This document shows positions 17,655-26,132 of a DNA stretch of 34,561 nt, one piece after another. The notes below the pieces were generated by a model. That model saw nothing but the letters and a program-made list of their open reading frames with translations. It was not told where the DNA came from and ran no database searches. The translations under genes and the position numbers were made by a program. Every line of letters begins with the position of its first letter. The stretch's first letter is position 1. Source of the DNA: Candidatus Woesearchaeota archaeon (GTDB lineage: Archaea; Nanobdellota; Nanobdellia; Pacearchaeales; GW2011-AR1). The stretch is from assembly GCA_964528215.1 (NCBI GenBank), contig CAZGSA010000002.1, positions 1 through 34,561 of the forward strand, given 5' to 3'.

Positions 17655-18674
17655 TTATTTCAATTTTCTAGATTTAAATATGGGAACAATATCATATTTA
17701 TGAGTTGTATCTAAAAGAGCTTTAGGATTCTGAATTGATTTCGCAATTGCCTCTTGAGTAACTATATTTAACTCTTGTTTCTCTGTTTTAGGTATTACAG
17801 CCTCTCTTACAATAGCAGGAACAATGTCTCTAACAAAATCCTGAAAATCAACAGGTTGTAACCATAAACCTATTTTTTCTGTTTTAAATCCTTGTGAATT
17901 TGTGATATTCTTAATATCTTCTTGATTATATTTGGGTCTTGATAATTGTTTATAATCTTCTACTTCAAATTTTTTAGAGATTTCATCTAAAACAAAGCCC
18001 ATAAAATCATTATATCTAAATCCATATTGGGCAGAAGGAAATTCTTTATCATCATAAAAATGTGAAGCACTATCCCAAATAACAGGGGTTTCTTTTTTTA
18101 GATTTGACCTTAATTTTCCAAATATCTTTTCTAAATCAAACCAGTGCATAACCTGAACAGCTGTAACAGCATCATATTCATAAAAAGAATTTTCTAAATC
18201 TAGTTTCATAAAATCTTGATTAATAAATCTGGCTTGAGAACTATAAGGTGCACTTTCTTGCCGGAATTCTTTCCAATATTTTAATAGATTCTTATCTTTA
18301 ACTTTCCCTGATAAACCAACAGTTTGATGAAATTTATATTTGGCAACTTCACACATACCTTCTGACATTTCAACACAATCTACATTTAAGTGAGTGCCAC
18401 CCTGCAAAAATATTTCAAGAGCACTAATACCTGTTCCAGAACCAATATCTAAAATTCTTTTAATTTTTGAGAAATGTTTAGATTCAAAAAGATTTTTTAC
18501 AACTTTTTTAGCACCAATTCTTGCAGGAGATGTAATCAAGGGCCTACTACTTGTTTGGTCAATTACTTTTAAATTTGCTTCTAATTGGTCATATTCAATT
18601 CCAGTTCCCAAATCTCCTACATAAGGATTTTTTTTTGAATCTCCTGTGTAGGCTCCATTATCTAAAGAATCCAT
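17655..18674 (-). CDS. Class I SAM-dependent methyltransferase
   Basis: ILDIGSGTGISALE is canonical motif I. VDCVEMSE, FINQDF and VTAVQVMHWF follow. Its stop lies 1 nt from the downstream paralog's ATG. Confidence 0.7.
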   Translation of the reverse strand: MDSLDNGAYTGDSKKNPYVGDLGTGIEYDQLEANLKVIDQTSSRPLITSPARIGAKKVVKNLFESKHFSKIKRILDIGSGTGISALEIFLQGGTHLNVDCVEMSEGMCEVAKYKFHQTVGLSGKVKDKNLLKYWKEFRQESAPYSSQARFINQDFMKLDLENSFYEYDAVTAVQVMHWFDLEKIFGKLRSNLKKETPVIWDSASHFYDDKEFPSAQYGFRYNDFMGFVLDEISKKFEVEDYKQLSRPKYNQEDIKNITNSQGFKTEKIGLWLQPVDFQDFVRDIVPAIVREAVIPKTEKQELNIVTQEAIAKSIQNPKALLDTTHKYDIVPIFKSRKLK

Positions 18675-18706
18675 TTAAAATTTAAGAAAAAGGGCTTTTT
18701 AAGCTT

Positions 18707-19327
18707 TTATCTACTCTTCAACAACCTAAGTTTTTCAAGTTTTTCTAAAAAATATTCAGGCTCTTTTTTATAAATTTCATGCTCTCCAAGCAAAACATCT
18801 AATAATTCTCTGTTGTTTCCAGGCTCAACATCTTGAAAAGTTTTTTTAAATATTTCCTTGCTTGCACCTTCTTTAAACATAATTTCTTCTTTTTGCTTAA
18901 AATCAAATCTAGATTTTACTTCTGCAAAATCAACTTTATAATTGCTATCAAAAACAACACTAATGATTTCAACAACTCTGTCTCTATGATAATCATGGCT
19001 AATAACTAAGATATTTTTCCATTTTTTCTTATCAATAATTAATTTACTAAATATTAACTGCCCAACTGTTTCAAGACTAAGTTCTTCTTTAAACAAGTGT
19101 TTTTTAGGAACCTTAAATTTAAAAGCATATTTTGCCATAGCTTGTGCAAGTGTTATTTTATATTTTTTACCTTTATTTTTATGCTCTCCACTCATCAAGA
19201 GATTTTCAGCTAATTTATCTTTATAAAATCCAACCCCTACTTGCACCCTTCGTTTGCTCTGCTCACTTAACTCTCTTCCTTCTAATTCATGCGATAAAAC
19301 AACAGCAACATCATACTTCATTTTCAA
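18707..19327 (-). CDS. DUF218 / YdcF (ElyC, SanA)-family protein
   Basis: VAVVLSHELEG...LSEQSKRRV...LLMSGE...ETVGQL...ILVISHDYHRDRV matches the DUF218 pattern (G-G...T.EN...vTs..H..R). It is the first gene of the minus-strand operon 19327 to 13649. Confidence 0.6.
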   Translation of the reverse strand: MKMKYDVAVVLSHELEGRELSEQSKRRVQVGVGFYKDKLAENLLMSGEHKNKGKKYKITLAQAMAKYAFKFKVPKKHLFKEELSLETVGQLIFSKLIIDKKKWKNILVISHDYHRDRVVEIISVVFDSNYKVDFAEVKSRFDFKQKEEIMFKEGASKEIFKKTFQDVEPGNNRELLDVLLGEHEIYKKEPEYFLEKLEKLRLLKSR

Positions 19328-19404
19328 TAATATTAATATTCTTATATTAATAAATATAGGGTTTGCAATTTAAACTTTAGAATCCTTTACTATTAGATAG
19401 ATTA

Positions 19405-19436
19405 TTAATCTCCTCTAAAACTCTGAGTTATACAAA
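19405..19436 (+). repeat. Intergenic motif copy (short form)
   Basis: ttaatctcctctaaaactctgagttatacaaa. It has the same TTAATC head, AAAAC core and GAGTTAT tail as the longer copies, with a shorter middle section. Confidence 0.45.
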
Positions 19437-19535
19437 TGAAAAATCAAAAAACTGCACCCTGTAGCTTAAGAGTATAAAGGGATAGAGAAATATCTCAACA
19501 ACAACAAATAAAAACCAATAAAAACTAAAATAATT

Positions 19536-20948
19536 ATGGCAAAATCAATTGCAAAGCAAAATAAAGCAGTAAAGATTGAAAAAGGAATTCAATCTGAAAT
19601 AAAAAAAGAAGAAAAAGATATCTTTAATATCTTTAATATTTTAAGAAAAAGGAGTTTTAATCAAAATGGTTATACCGGGATAGTTGTTAAAAATAGTATT
19701 TATCAGACATCCACAACATTAGTTGAAAAATTTGGAGGACTTTTATTTACTGTTATTCTAGCAAGATTACTTCTTCCAGAATTATTTGGATTATACAGTC
19801 TTGCACTTTCCACAATTTTAATATTTGCTGCTTTTACAGATTTAGGAGTTGGGATAGTATTAGTAAAATTTGTTTCAAATGCTCTTGCAAAAAACAACAA
19901 GAAAAAAGCAAAAGCTTATACTTATTATATCTTTAAACTTAAACTTCTGTTTATATTTATAATAATGATAGCATTATTAATTGCTTCTAAATTTATTGCA
20001 CAAGATTATTATAACAAACCTATATTTTTAGCACTAGTTGCAGGTTCTTTGTATATTTTATCAATGGGTTTTATAGGGACAGTCAATCTTGTTTTCAGGG
20101 CTGCAAATAATTTTAGAGGTCCTCTTTTCAGTGAAATAGTTCTTCAATCATTAAGATTAATAATTGTTCCTGCGATGGTGATTTTTTCTCTAAAGAAGTT
20201 TGCATCTCAGGAAATTAATCTTTTTGTATTATTCTTAGCATTAACAATGTGCTATTTTTTGACATTAATCTTCCTAGCCTTATTTGCCAATAGAAAAATT
20301 CCATATTTAAAATCCGAAAAAATAAATCTTAATAAAGAACAAAAAAAAGAAGTAAACAAGTTTATAATTCCAATTTCAGTGACAATTCTCTCAGGAGTAT
20401 TTTTTGGATATATTGACATGATTATGCTTGGAAGATTTGTTTCAGCAGAATATATTGGATACTATCGGGCTGCTTTTAGTCTGGTTGGAGCAGCAGGTTC
20501 TCTTCTTGCATTTTCAAATGTGCTTTTTCCTGTTTTTAATAGGATAAAAGGTAAAAGATTAGATAAGGCTCTTAGAAAATCTGTTCAATTAAGTTTTTTG
20601 CTTTCAATATCTTCAATAATTTTTACACTGACCTTTGCATATTATCTAGTCTTGATTGTTTTTGGAAAAGAATATCTTCTTTCAGTTTCTTTATTAAAGA
20701 TTTTAACACCTTTATTAATCACCTTCCCTTTGATTTCAATTTACACTTCATATTTAATATCAAAGAATAAACCTGGAAAAGTTGCTAAACTCCTTATAGT
20801 CTCAACAGTACTTAATATAATCTTAAATTATGTATTCATAACCTGGTTAATACAATATAGTCAGTTCATGGCAGTAGTAGGAGTTTGTATAGCCACAATA
20901 ATAAGTAGATATTTTTATCTATTTGCATTAATAATCTTTAAAAAATAA
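19536..20948 (+). CDS. wzx: Wzx-like oligosaccharide/polysaccharide flippase (MOP superfamily)
   Basis: 470 aa with about 12-14 predicted TM helices and a charged N-terminal tail. The composition is typical of polysaccharide biosynthesis flippases (LFGLYSLALS, YRAAFSLVGAAGSLL). Confidence 0.75.
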   Translation: MAKSIAKQNKAVKIEKGIQSEIKKEEKDIFNIFNILRKRSFNQNGYTGIVVKNSIYQTSTTLVEKFGGLLFTVILARLLLPELFGLYSLALSTILIFAAFTDLGVGIVLVKFVSNALAKNNKKKAKAYTYYIFKLKLLFIFIIMIALLIASKFIAQDYYNKPIFLALVAGSLYILSMGFIGTVNLVFRAANNFRGPLFSEIVLQSLRLIIVPAMVIFSLKKFASQEINLFVLFLALTMCYFLTLIFLALFANRKIPYLKSEKINLNKEQKKEVNKFIIPISVTILSGVFFGYIDMIMLGRFVSAEYIGYYRAAFSLVGAAGSLLAFSNVLFPVFNRIKGKRLDKALRKSVQLSFLLSISSIIFTLTFAYYLVLIVFGKEYLLSVSLLKILTPLLITFPLISIYTSYLISKNKPGKVAKLLIVSTVLNIILNYVFITWLIQYSQFMAVVGVCIATIISRYFYLFALIIFKK

Positions 20949-20999
20949 ATTATTTTCTACTAAACATAATCTTTTAAACATAACTCTACAAATTAATTA

Positions 21000-22184
21000 A
21001 TGGAAGAAGAATCAAAAAAAAAGCAAAAAAAAAAAATTACAAAACCAATAATAAGGGTTCAATATGATTTAGGGCAAAACACTAAAAATAATCCAGAATC
21101 AAATCTATTCAATAATCTATTAAAAAAACATTATAAGGTTATTATAACAGATAAAAATCCAGATTTTATTTTTTATTCTTTTGTTAATACAACTGGAATT
21201 AGAAAATCAATACCAAGAGACTCTTTACTTAGAAAGTTCTTGAGTTTTATCAGGCAGAACATAAGCAAGATTCCATTTTTTAATGAAATTCTTTACGAAC
21301 TTTCACATGAAAAATCACAAATGCCAGAATTAAAGACAAATGCAACAAGAATATTCTACACATCTGTAAATTGTAAACCAGATATGAGCAAGACAGATTG
21401 GGCATTTACTTTTGATTATGATAGCAAAATAAATCCTCCAAGACATATGAGACTTCCATACTATAAGTTTGAAGGAAGAGCTGGAAAAAATCTAATTAAA
21501 CATATAGATATTGAAAAAATAAAGAGAGAAAAGACAAAATTTTGTGCATTTATTTATTCTAATAATGTCCCCTTTAGAAATAATTTTTTTAAAAAACTAT
21601 CAAAATACAAGCACATTGATGCTCCTGGAAATTCAATGAGAAACATGCCTGCCTTTGGAGCACAGAAAAACAGAAAACAGAGATTTATACCTGGATATGC
21701 AATAGGAGATTGGCAAAAAGAAAAAATTGAATTTCTTAAACACTATAAATTTGTAATCTCTTTTGAAAATACCTCTTACCCAGGATATACAACTGAAAAA
21801 ATCTATCATCCAATGTTAGCAAACTGCATTCCTATTTATTGGGGAAATCCAGAAATAAACAGAGATTTTAATACTAGGAGTTTTCTTAATTATCATGATT
21901 TTGAAAAACAAGTTAAATCCGAAATGCCAAGATTTATGATAAAAATACCTGTTTTCAAACAAATAATCCTTAAACTAATTATTCAACCAACAACAATAAA
22001 GAGGTTGATAAAGAAAATAATAGAAATAGATAAAAACCCAGAATTATATGAACAATATCTTAAACAACCCTGGTATCCTGAAAATAAACCAACTAAATTT
22101 GTAGAAGATGAATTAATTGAAAAAAGATTGATTGAAATTATAGAATCAAGAAGAAAAAGCACAATTAATTTAAATAACAAATAA
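21000..22184 (+). CDS. Glycosyltransferase family 10 (alpha-1,3/4-fucosyltransferase-like)
   Basis: KTKFCAFIYSNN...YKFVISFENTSYPGYTTEKIYHPMLANCIPIYWG contains the GT10 signature (FENS..GYVTEK, P.Y.G). Confidence 0.8.
   Translation: MEEESKKKQKKKITKPIIRVQYDLGQNTKNNPESNLFNNLLKKHYKVIITDKNPDFIFYSFVNTTGIRKSIPRDSLLRKFLSFIRQNISKIPFFNEILYELSHEKSQMPELKTNATRIFYTSVNCKPDMSKTDWAFTFDYDSKINPPRHMRLPYYKFEGRAGKNLIKHIDIEKIKREKTKFCAFIYSNNVPFRNNFFKKLSKYKHIDAPGNSMRNMPAFGAQKNRKQRFIPGYAIGDWQKEKIEFLKHYKFVISFENTSYPGYTTEKIYHPMLANCIPIYWGNPEINRDFNTRSFLNYHDFEKQVKSEMPRFMIKIPVFKQIILKLIIQPTTIKRLIKKIIEIDKNPELYEQYLKQPWYPENKPTKFVEDELIEKRLIEIIESRRKSTINLNNK
21014..21036 (+). repeat. A9-GC-A12 homopolymer pair inside codons 5-13 of the GT10 gene
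   Basis: tc aaaaaaaaa gc aaaaaaaaaaaa tt, encoding KKKQKKK. The A12 run (21025-21036) is the longest homopolymer I found in the window. Confidence 0.9.
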
Positions 22185-22211
22185 TCATCAATAACAGAAC
22201 ATAAAAAAGAA

Positions 22212-22254
22212 CAATAAATCATCTTCAAAACATAGATAAATTATAGATTAGCAG
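22212..22254 (+). repeat. Intergenic motif copy (alpha type)
   Basis: caataaatcatcttcaaaacatagataaattatagattagcag. The core TCATCTTCAAAACATA is intact. It is followed immediately by GTATATAAAA. Confidence 0.55.
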
Positions 22255-22264
22255 TATATAAAAT
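22254..22264 (+). promoter_or_regulatory. Candidate archaeal TATA box for the DUF268 gene
   Basis: GTATATAAAAT lies about 31-41 nt upstream of the ATG at 22295. The geometry matches the candidate at 11944-11952. The call is sequence-only. Confidence 0.3.
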
Positions 22265-22294
22265 AAAGAATATAAACAAACCTCAAAAAGCAAA

Positions 22295-23080
22295 ATGAAA
22301 CAAGTAATAAGAAATTTAATTAAAAAAATAAATTATACAATTGTAGCTTTGATTGGAAAAACACCTCCTAAAACCATACCAATTACTTTTCTTAATGACT
22401 ATACAATGGATGGAAAAGTAAAAATAAAGCAGTGGTATTTAAATAATTACTATCTCTCAATTTTTCCACGTATTTTCACAAAAAAATATGTTAATAAGTT
22501 TATTGAAAAAGTAAAACAAAAAAGTGAGGAAAGTTATGGTTTTACAGATAAATGCTTATATCAGGCATTAGATAAATATTCTATAAAAGATAAAGATATT
22601 GCTGTTATTGGGACTGTAGAGCCTTTTTATGAATCAATGGCTTTAGAATATGGAGCAAAACAAGTAACTATAATTGAATATAATAAAATAATCTCTTTTC
22701 ACCCAAAGATAAAATCTCTTACCTACCCCCAATATAATAAAAATCCTCAGCAGTTTGATATAGCATTTTCAATATCAACTTTTGAACACGATGGATTAGG
22801 AAGATATGGGGATAAACTAAATCCTAATGGGGATTTAGAAGCAATGCAAAAAATGAAATCAATTGTTAAACCAGGAGGTCTTCTCTTTTTAGCAGTTCCA
22901 ATTGGAAAAGACACTCTTTTCTGGAATGCTCATAGGATGTATGGAAAACATCGCCTTCCTCTTTTATTTAAGGGATGGAAAATTGTTGATGGTTTTGGAT
23001 TTAATAAACAGCAACTAGAAAAAGATAGAGAAAAGCAAGAGCAATATGACCAGCCTATTTTTGTTCTGCAAAATATTTAA
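22295..23080 (+). CDS. DUF268-family protein (predicted SAM-dependent methyltransferase fold)
   Basis: FDIAFSISTFEHDGLGRYGDKLNPNGDLEAMQKMKSIVKPGGLLFLAVPIGKDTLFWNAHRMYGKHRL matches my memory of the DUF268 signature (FEHDGLGRYGD...NAHR.YG). Confidence 0.7.
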   Translation: MKQVIRNLIKKINYTIVALIGKTPPKTIPITFLNDYTMDGKVKIKQWYLNNYYLSIFPRIFTKKYVNKFIEKVKQKSEESYGFTDKCLYQALDKYSIKDKDIAVIGTVEPFYESMALEYGAKQVTIIEYNKIISFHPKIKSLTYPQYNKNPQQFDIAFSISTFEHDGLGRYGDKLNPNGDLEAMQKMKSIVKPGGLLFLAVPIGKDTLFWNAHRMYGKHRLPLLFKGWKIVDGFGFNKQQLEKDREKQEQYDQPIFVLQNI

Positions 23081-23084
23081 ATTT

Positions 23085-23105
23085 TATAAAACTTTGAGTT
23101 ATGTA
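23085..23105 (+). repeat. Short intergenic motif copy
   Basis: tataaaactttgagttatgta matches tctaaaactctgagttataca at 19414-19434. A second shared block, TGTAGCTTAA, occurs at 23141-23150 and at 19460-19469. Confidence 0.45.
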
Positions 23106-23198
23106 TTTAAAGACAGATGAGAATTTTAGAGAACTATTTGTGTAGCTTAAAATTATGATAAGATATATGGGAAAATTTATACCTATTGGTAAGATAGG

Positions 23199-24131
23199 TT
23201 ATATCCCATATCTTAGTTTAATTAATCCATCTTGAATTCTCTTAAATCTATTTAATTCAAATTCAATATTATAAAACTCAATTAATTCTCCTTCAAATTT
23301 CCTCTTAAACTCATAAACAAAATATCTTGAATCTTTTTCATCTAATCCTAGGGTCACTCCTCCTAAATCATACTTCTTCAAACCCTCTTTTTTAAATTTC
23401 TTAATAGCCTCCCACTGAATAATACTTGGTCCCTCCTTGTTCCTAAAATTAATATCAGAACAAGCTTGAAAATAGACAGCTTTGTCTTTCCAAACTAAAA
23501 AAAATCCTCCTGCAATAATCTTGCCTTCAAATTTAGCAACAATTACTCTTCCAATCCCACTATCCAGGAGTTTTTTAAAAAATTCATATTTTTGAATAAA
23601 AAATGTTTTTCTACCCTTTGCTTTTTGAATATTTTTCTCAGTATCTAAACTTAATTTATAATACTCTTCTAATTCTTCTTTATTATCAATATCTTTAACT
23701 TCAACTTTTTCATCTTGGGCTTTTTTTATGGCTCTTTTAAGCCTTCGATGAAAATTAATAAATATTTCATTTTCATCTGATTTAAGATTCAAAACAAAAC
23801 TATTTCTCTTAATTATTTTTGAATTAAGCATATTTATCTTGTTTCTCAGACCAAACATTGTATTTCCAATTCTTGCATATGGGACTCCCATCTTTTTTAA
23901 TTTACTAATTATTTCTTTTAAAAATTCCTCATCTTTACAATCAGTAAAAATTTGAGCACGAGATAAAAGTTTAATTGCCTTTTTTTTAATTACAACAATA
24001 GCCTTATTTTCATTATCTCTGACAAAAAAAACTTCTCCTTCACTTTTATTTGCTTCTGCAAACTCTTTTGTATAACTAACCTCATAAACACTTTCATTCC
24101 AATTTTTTCCAGCTTCTTGTTCAAATATCAT
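23199..24131 (-). CDS. FemAB-family / GNAT-fold acyl(aminoacyl)transferase-like protein
   Basis: 310 aa. NFHRRLKRAIKKAQDEKVEV...YYKLSLDTEKN is followed by GKIIAGGFFLVWKDKAVYFQACSD...GPSIIQWEAIKKFKKEGLKKYDLGGV. This is the typical C-terminal FemAB/FemX-like GNAT pattern. Its ATG overlaps the upstream stop (ATGA). Confidence 0.65.
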   Translation of the reverse strand: MIFEQEAGKNWNESVYEVSYTKEFAEANKSEGEVFFVRDNENKAIVVIKKKAIKLLSRAQIFTDCKDEEFLKEIISKLKKMGVPYARIGNTMFGLRNKINMLNSKIIKRNSFVLNLKSDENEIFINFHRRLKRAIKKAQDEKVEVKDIDNKEELEEYYKLSLDTEKNIQKAKGRKTFFIQKYEFFKKLLDSGIGRVIVAKFEGKIIAGGFFLVWKDKAVYFQACSDINFRNKEGPSIIQWEAIKKFKKEGLKKYDLGGVTLGLDEKDSRYFVYEFKRKFEGELIEFYNIEFELNRFKRIQDGLIKLRYGI

Positions 24132-25225
24132 TCTTTAATCTTAGCATCAATAATTCGAATGATTTTAACTATATAATCTATTTGATTATCTGTAAGCTTA
24201 TCATGTAGTGGAATATTAATTAAATTTTGTGCGAATTTATCTGAATTTTGCCTGCCAACTTCTCTTCCTTCAAAACAATCACTATTAATAAAATCATAAT
24301 AACCAGTTGCATTAATTTTATTTTTTTTAAATAACTCCATTACTTGCTTTTTATCCTTACATAAGACAGGAAAATAAACAGGACTTATTATCTGTTGTTT
24401 CTCAAAATTAATATTTTTAAAATTTCTAGTTTGTTCAACTGCTTTTTTTATTCTTTCATAATTATTTATTCTTTTTGCAATTTTAGATTCTATAAATTTT
24501 AATTCATTAATCAAAAGGTTTTTATTAAATTTACCCATTCTTTTTGGTTTAAAGCCTTCTAATTTTTCTAAACCAGCACGTAATTTAGGATAATTTATTA
24601 TTTTGCTTCGGAAAATCAAGTCCTTTAAATCAATAATTTGAATAAATTTGCTTGATTTTTGTATAGGAATACTAATCTTTTCCCTGCTTAATAAAACAGC
24701 TCCACTTCCAACCCCAATTAGTTTGCTTGTTCTAAAACTAAAAAAACTATAATCCCCTAATCTTCCAACCTTGTGCTTATTATTTAATATCTGAGCACAA
24801 TCTTCAATTATTAAAACATTATTTTTTTTAGCAATATCTATAATTTTTTTATTATGTAAAAATCCCCAAGGATGATAAAATATAATTGCCTTAGTATTTT
24901 TACTAATAGCATCTTCAATCTTCTTAAAATCAAGAGACAGATTGTTATCCATATCAACAAAAACAGGAGTAAAACCAGCCTTAATTATTGCCCGAGGGAT
25001 AGATTTGCAACTATAATTAGGACAAATAATTTCCCCAAGCCCTATTTTTCTCTCAATATCTTTTAAACATAAATAAATTGCCTGTCTACCAGAACCTAAC
25101 TCATAGACAAAATTATTTAATCCATTAAAGAAATCTAAATTCTTTCTAACTCTTCCAAAAAAAGCCCCTAATAATTCCTTAATTTTAAAATCAATTTGAT
25201 AATTGTTTAACATTTTTAAATCCAT
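24128..25225 (-). CDS. DegT/DnrJ/EryC1-family PLP-dependent sugar aminotransferase (second copy)
   Basis: Motifs are GEIICPNYSC, AIIFYHPWG, IIEDCAQ and FSFRTSKLIGVGSGAVLLS, which holds the PLP lysine. Starting at ATG 25225 gives a 35-nt overlap with the upstream gene, and the alternative ATG at 25213 gives 23 nt. Confidence 0.8.
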   Translation of the reverse strand: MDLKMLNNYQIDFKIKELLGAFFGRVRKNLDFFNGLNNFVYELGSGRQAIYLCLKDIERKIGLGEIICPNYSCKSIPRAIIKAGFTPVFVDMDNNLSLDFKKIEDAISKNTKAIIFYHPWGFLHNKKIIDIAKKNNVLIIEDCAQILNNKHKVGRLGDYSFFSFRTSKLIGVGSGAVLLSREKISIPIQKSSKFIQIIDLKDLIFRSKIINYPKLRAGLEKLEGFKPKRMGKFNKNLLINELKFIESKIAKRINNYERIKKAVEQTRNFKNINFEKQQIISPVYFPVLCKDKKQVMELFKKNKINATGYYDFINSDCFEGREVGRQNSDKFAQNLINIPLHDKLTDNQIDYIVKIIRIIDAKIKE

Positions 25226-26093
25226 TATCTAAGTATTGCTGAAAATTAATAAATTCATCTCCTTGTTTTTTCAAAAATCTAATCATTCTTAATAATTTTT
25301 CATAATTTTTACTAACAACTAGTTCTTCTTCTGGTTTATTTTTTCTTTTCTTTTCTTTCATCTTTTTAATAAAAGGTTTTAATAATCCTCTAACAAATCT
25401 GGGCAGGGAATACCATATTTTTTTCTTTTTTCCTAAATCTCCATAGACCGAAAAACTATGGAAATTAATAACTAAAATATCTGTCTTTTTTTTAGATTTA
25501 TAATAAAAATTTGTAAGCTCTTTTAATGACATTTGTTCAGGACTCCAGACTATAAGTTTTTTAGAATACTCTTTATTTGTTGCTGGAGGAATTTCAACAA
25601 AATTATTATATTTTTTTGGTATGCTATAATACTGGTTTATATTACTACTATCAATCTTTAATCCAAGTTTTTTAAAAATATCATTTAAACTATTCAAATC
25701 TCTAATACCATAATTCCCAGCCCTATGGACAATAACTTTTTTCCCTGTTGCTTTTTCTAATTCTTTTTTATTCCATACTAAAATCTTAATAATCTGTTTT
25801 TTGTCATAATCTCCCAAATTATCTTCTTTAATAAAATCAATACTTAATCCCTTGCAATGAGTATGGATTCCAAACTCAATATTTTTATCTTTTATTTTTT
25901 TTATCACTTTTATTATTTTCTTTAAATAATCTTCCTCCCCATAGCCTTTATCACTAAGTGAAACAAAAAAAGTAATAGGAATATTTTCTTTTTTTTCAAG
26001 CTCAACTAATTTATTTAGAGCAATTTCTATGTCTTTCTTAAAATTCCTACTCCAAGACCATAATTCAACATCACTTGTTAATATTATTTTCAT
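25191..26093 (-). CDS. Polysaccharide-deacetylase-like (CE4-related beta/alpha barrel) protein
   Basis: MKIILTSDVELWSW, ITFFVS and FGIHTHC parallel ITIDCEQWNAF, ATFFITG and IGCHGYNH of the clearer CE4 protein at 33279..34088. This is the D-x-E-x-W type seen in EPS-locus deacetylases. Confidence 0.55.
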   Translation of the reverse strand: MKIILTSDVELWSWSRNFKKDIEIALNKLVELEKKENIPITFFVSLSDKGYGEEDYLKKIIKVIKKIKDKNIEFGIHTHCKGLSIDFIKEDNLGDYDKKQIIKILVWNKKELEKATGKKVIVHRAGNYGIRDLNSLNDIFKKLGLKIDSSNINQYYSIPKKYNNFVEIPPATNKEYSKKLIVWSPEQMSLKELTNFYYKSKKKTDILVINFHSFSVYGDLGKKKKIWYSLPRFVRGLLKPFIKKMKEKKRKNKPEEELVVSKNYEKLLRMIRFLKKQGDEFINFQQYLDNGFKNVKQLSN

Positions 26094-26132
26094 TTTATTT
26101 CTTTATTTTGCTTAAAGATTCCTAGAAAATCC

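Noticed and set aside
19451-19500. tRNA-like fragment: TGTAGCTTAA resembles the junction of acceptor stem and D-arm; it is also present at 23141-23150
   Set aside because: No complementary 3' acceptor strand, anticodon arm or T-arm (GTTCRANYC-like) can be found within 90 nt in either copy. The region is far too AT-rich to fold as a cloverleaf.
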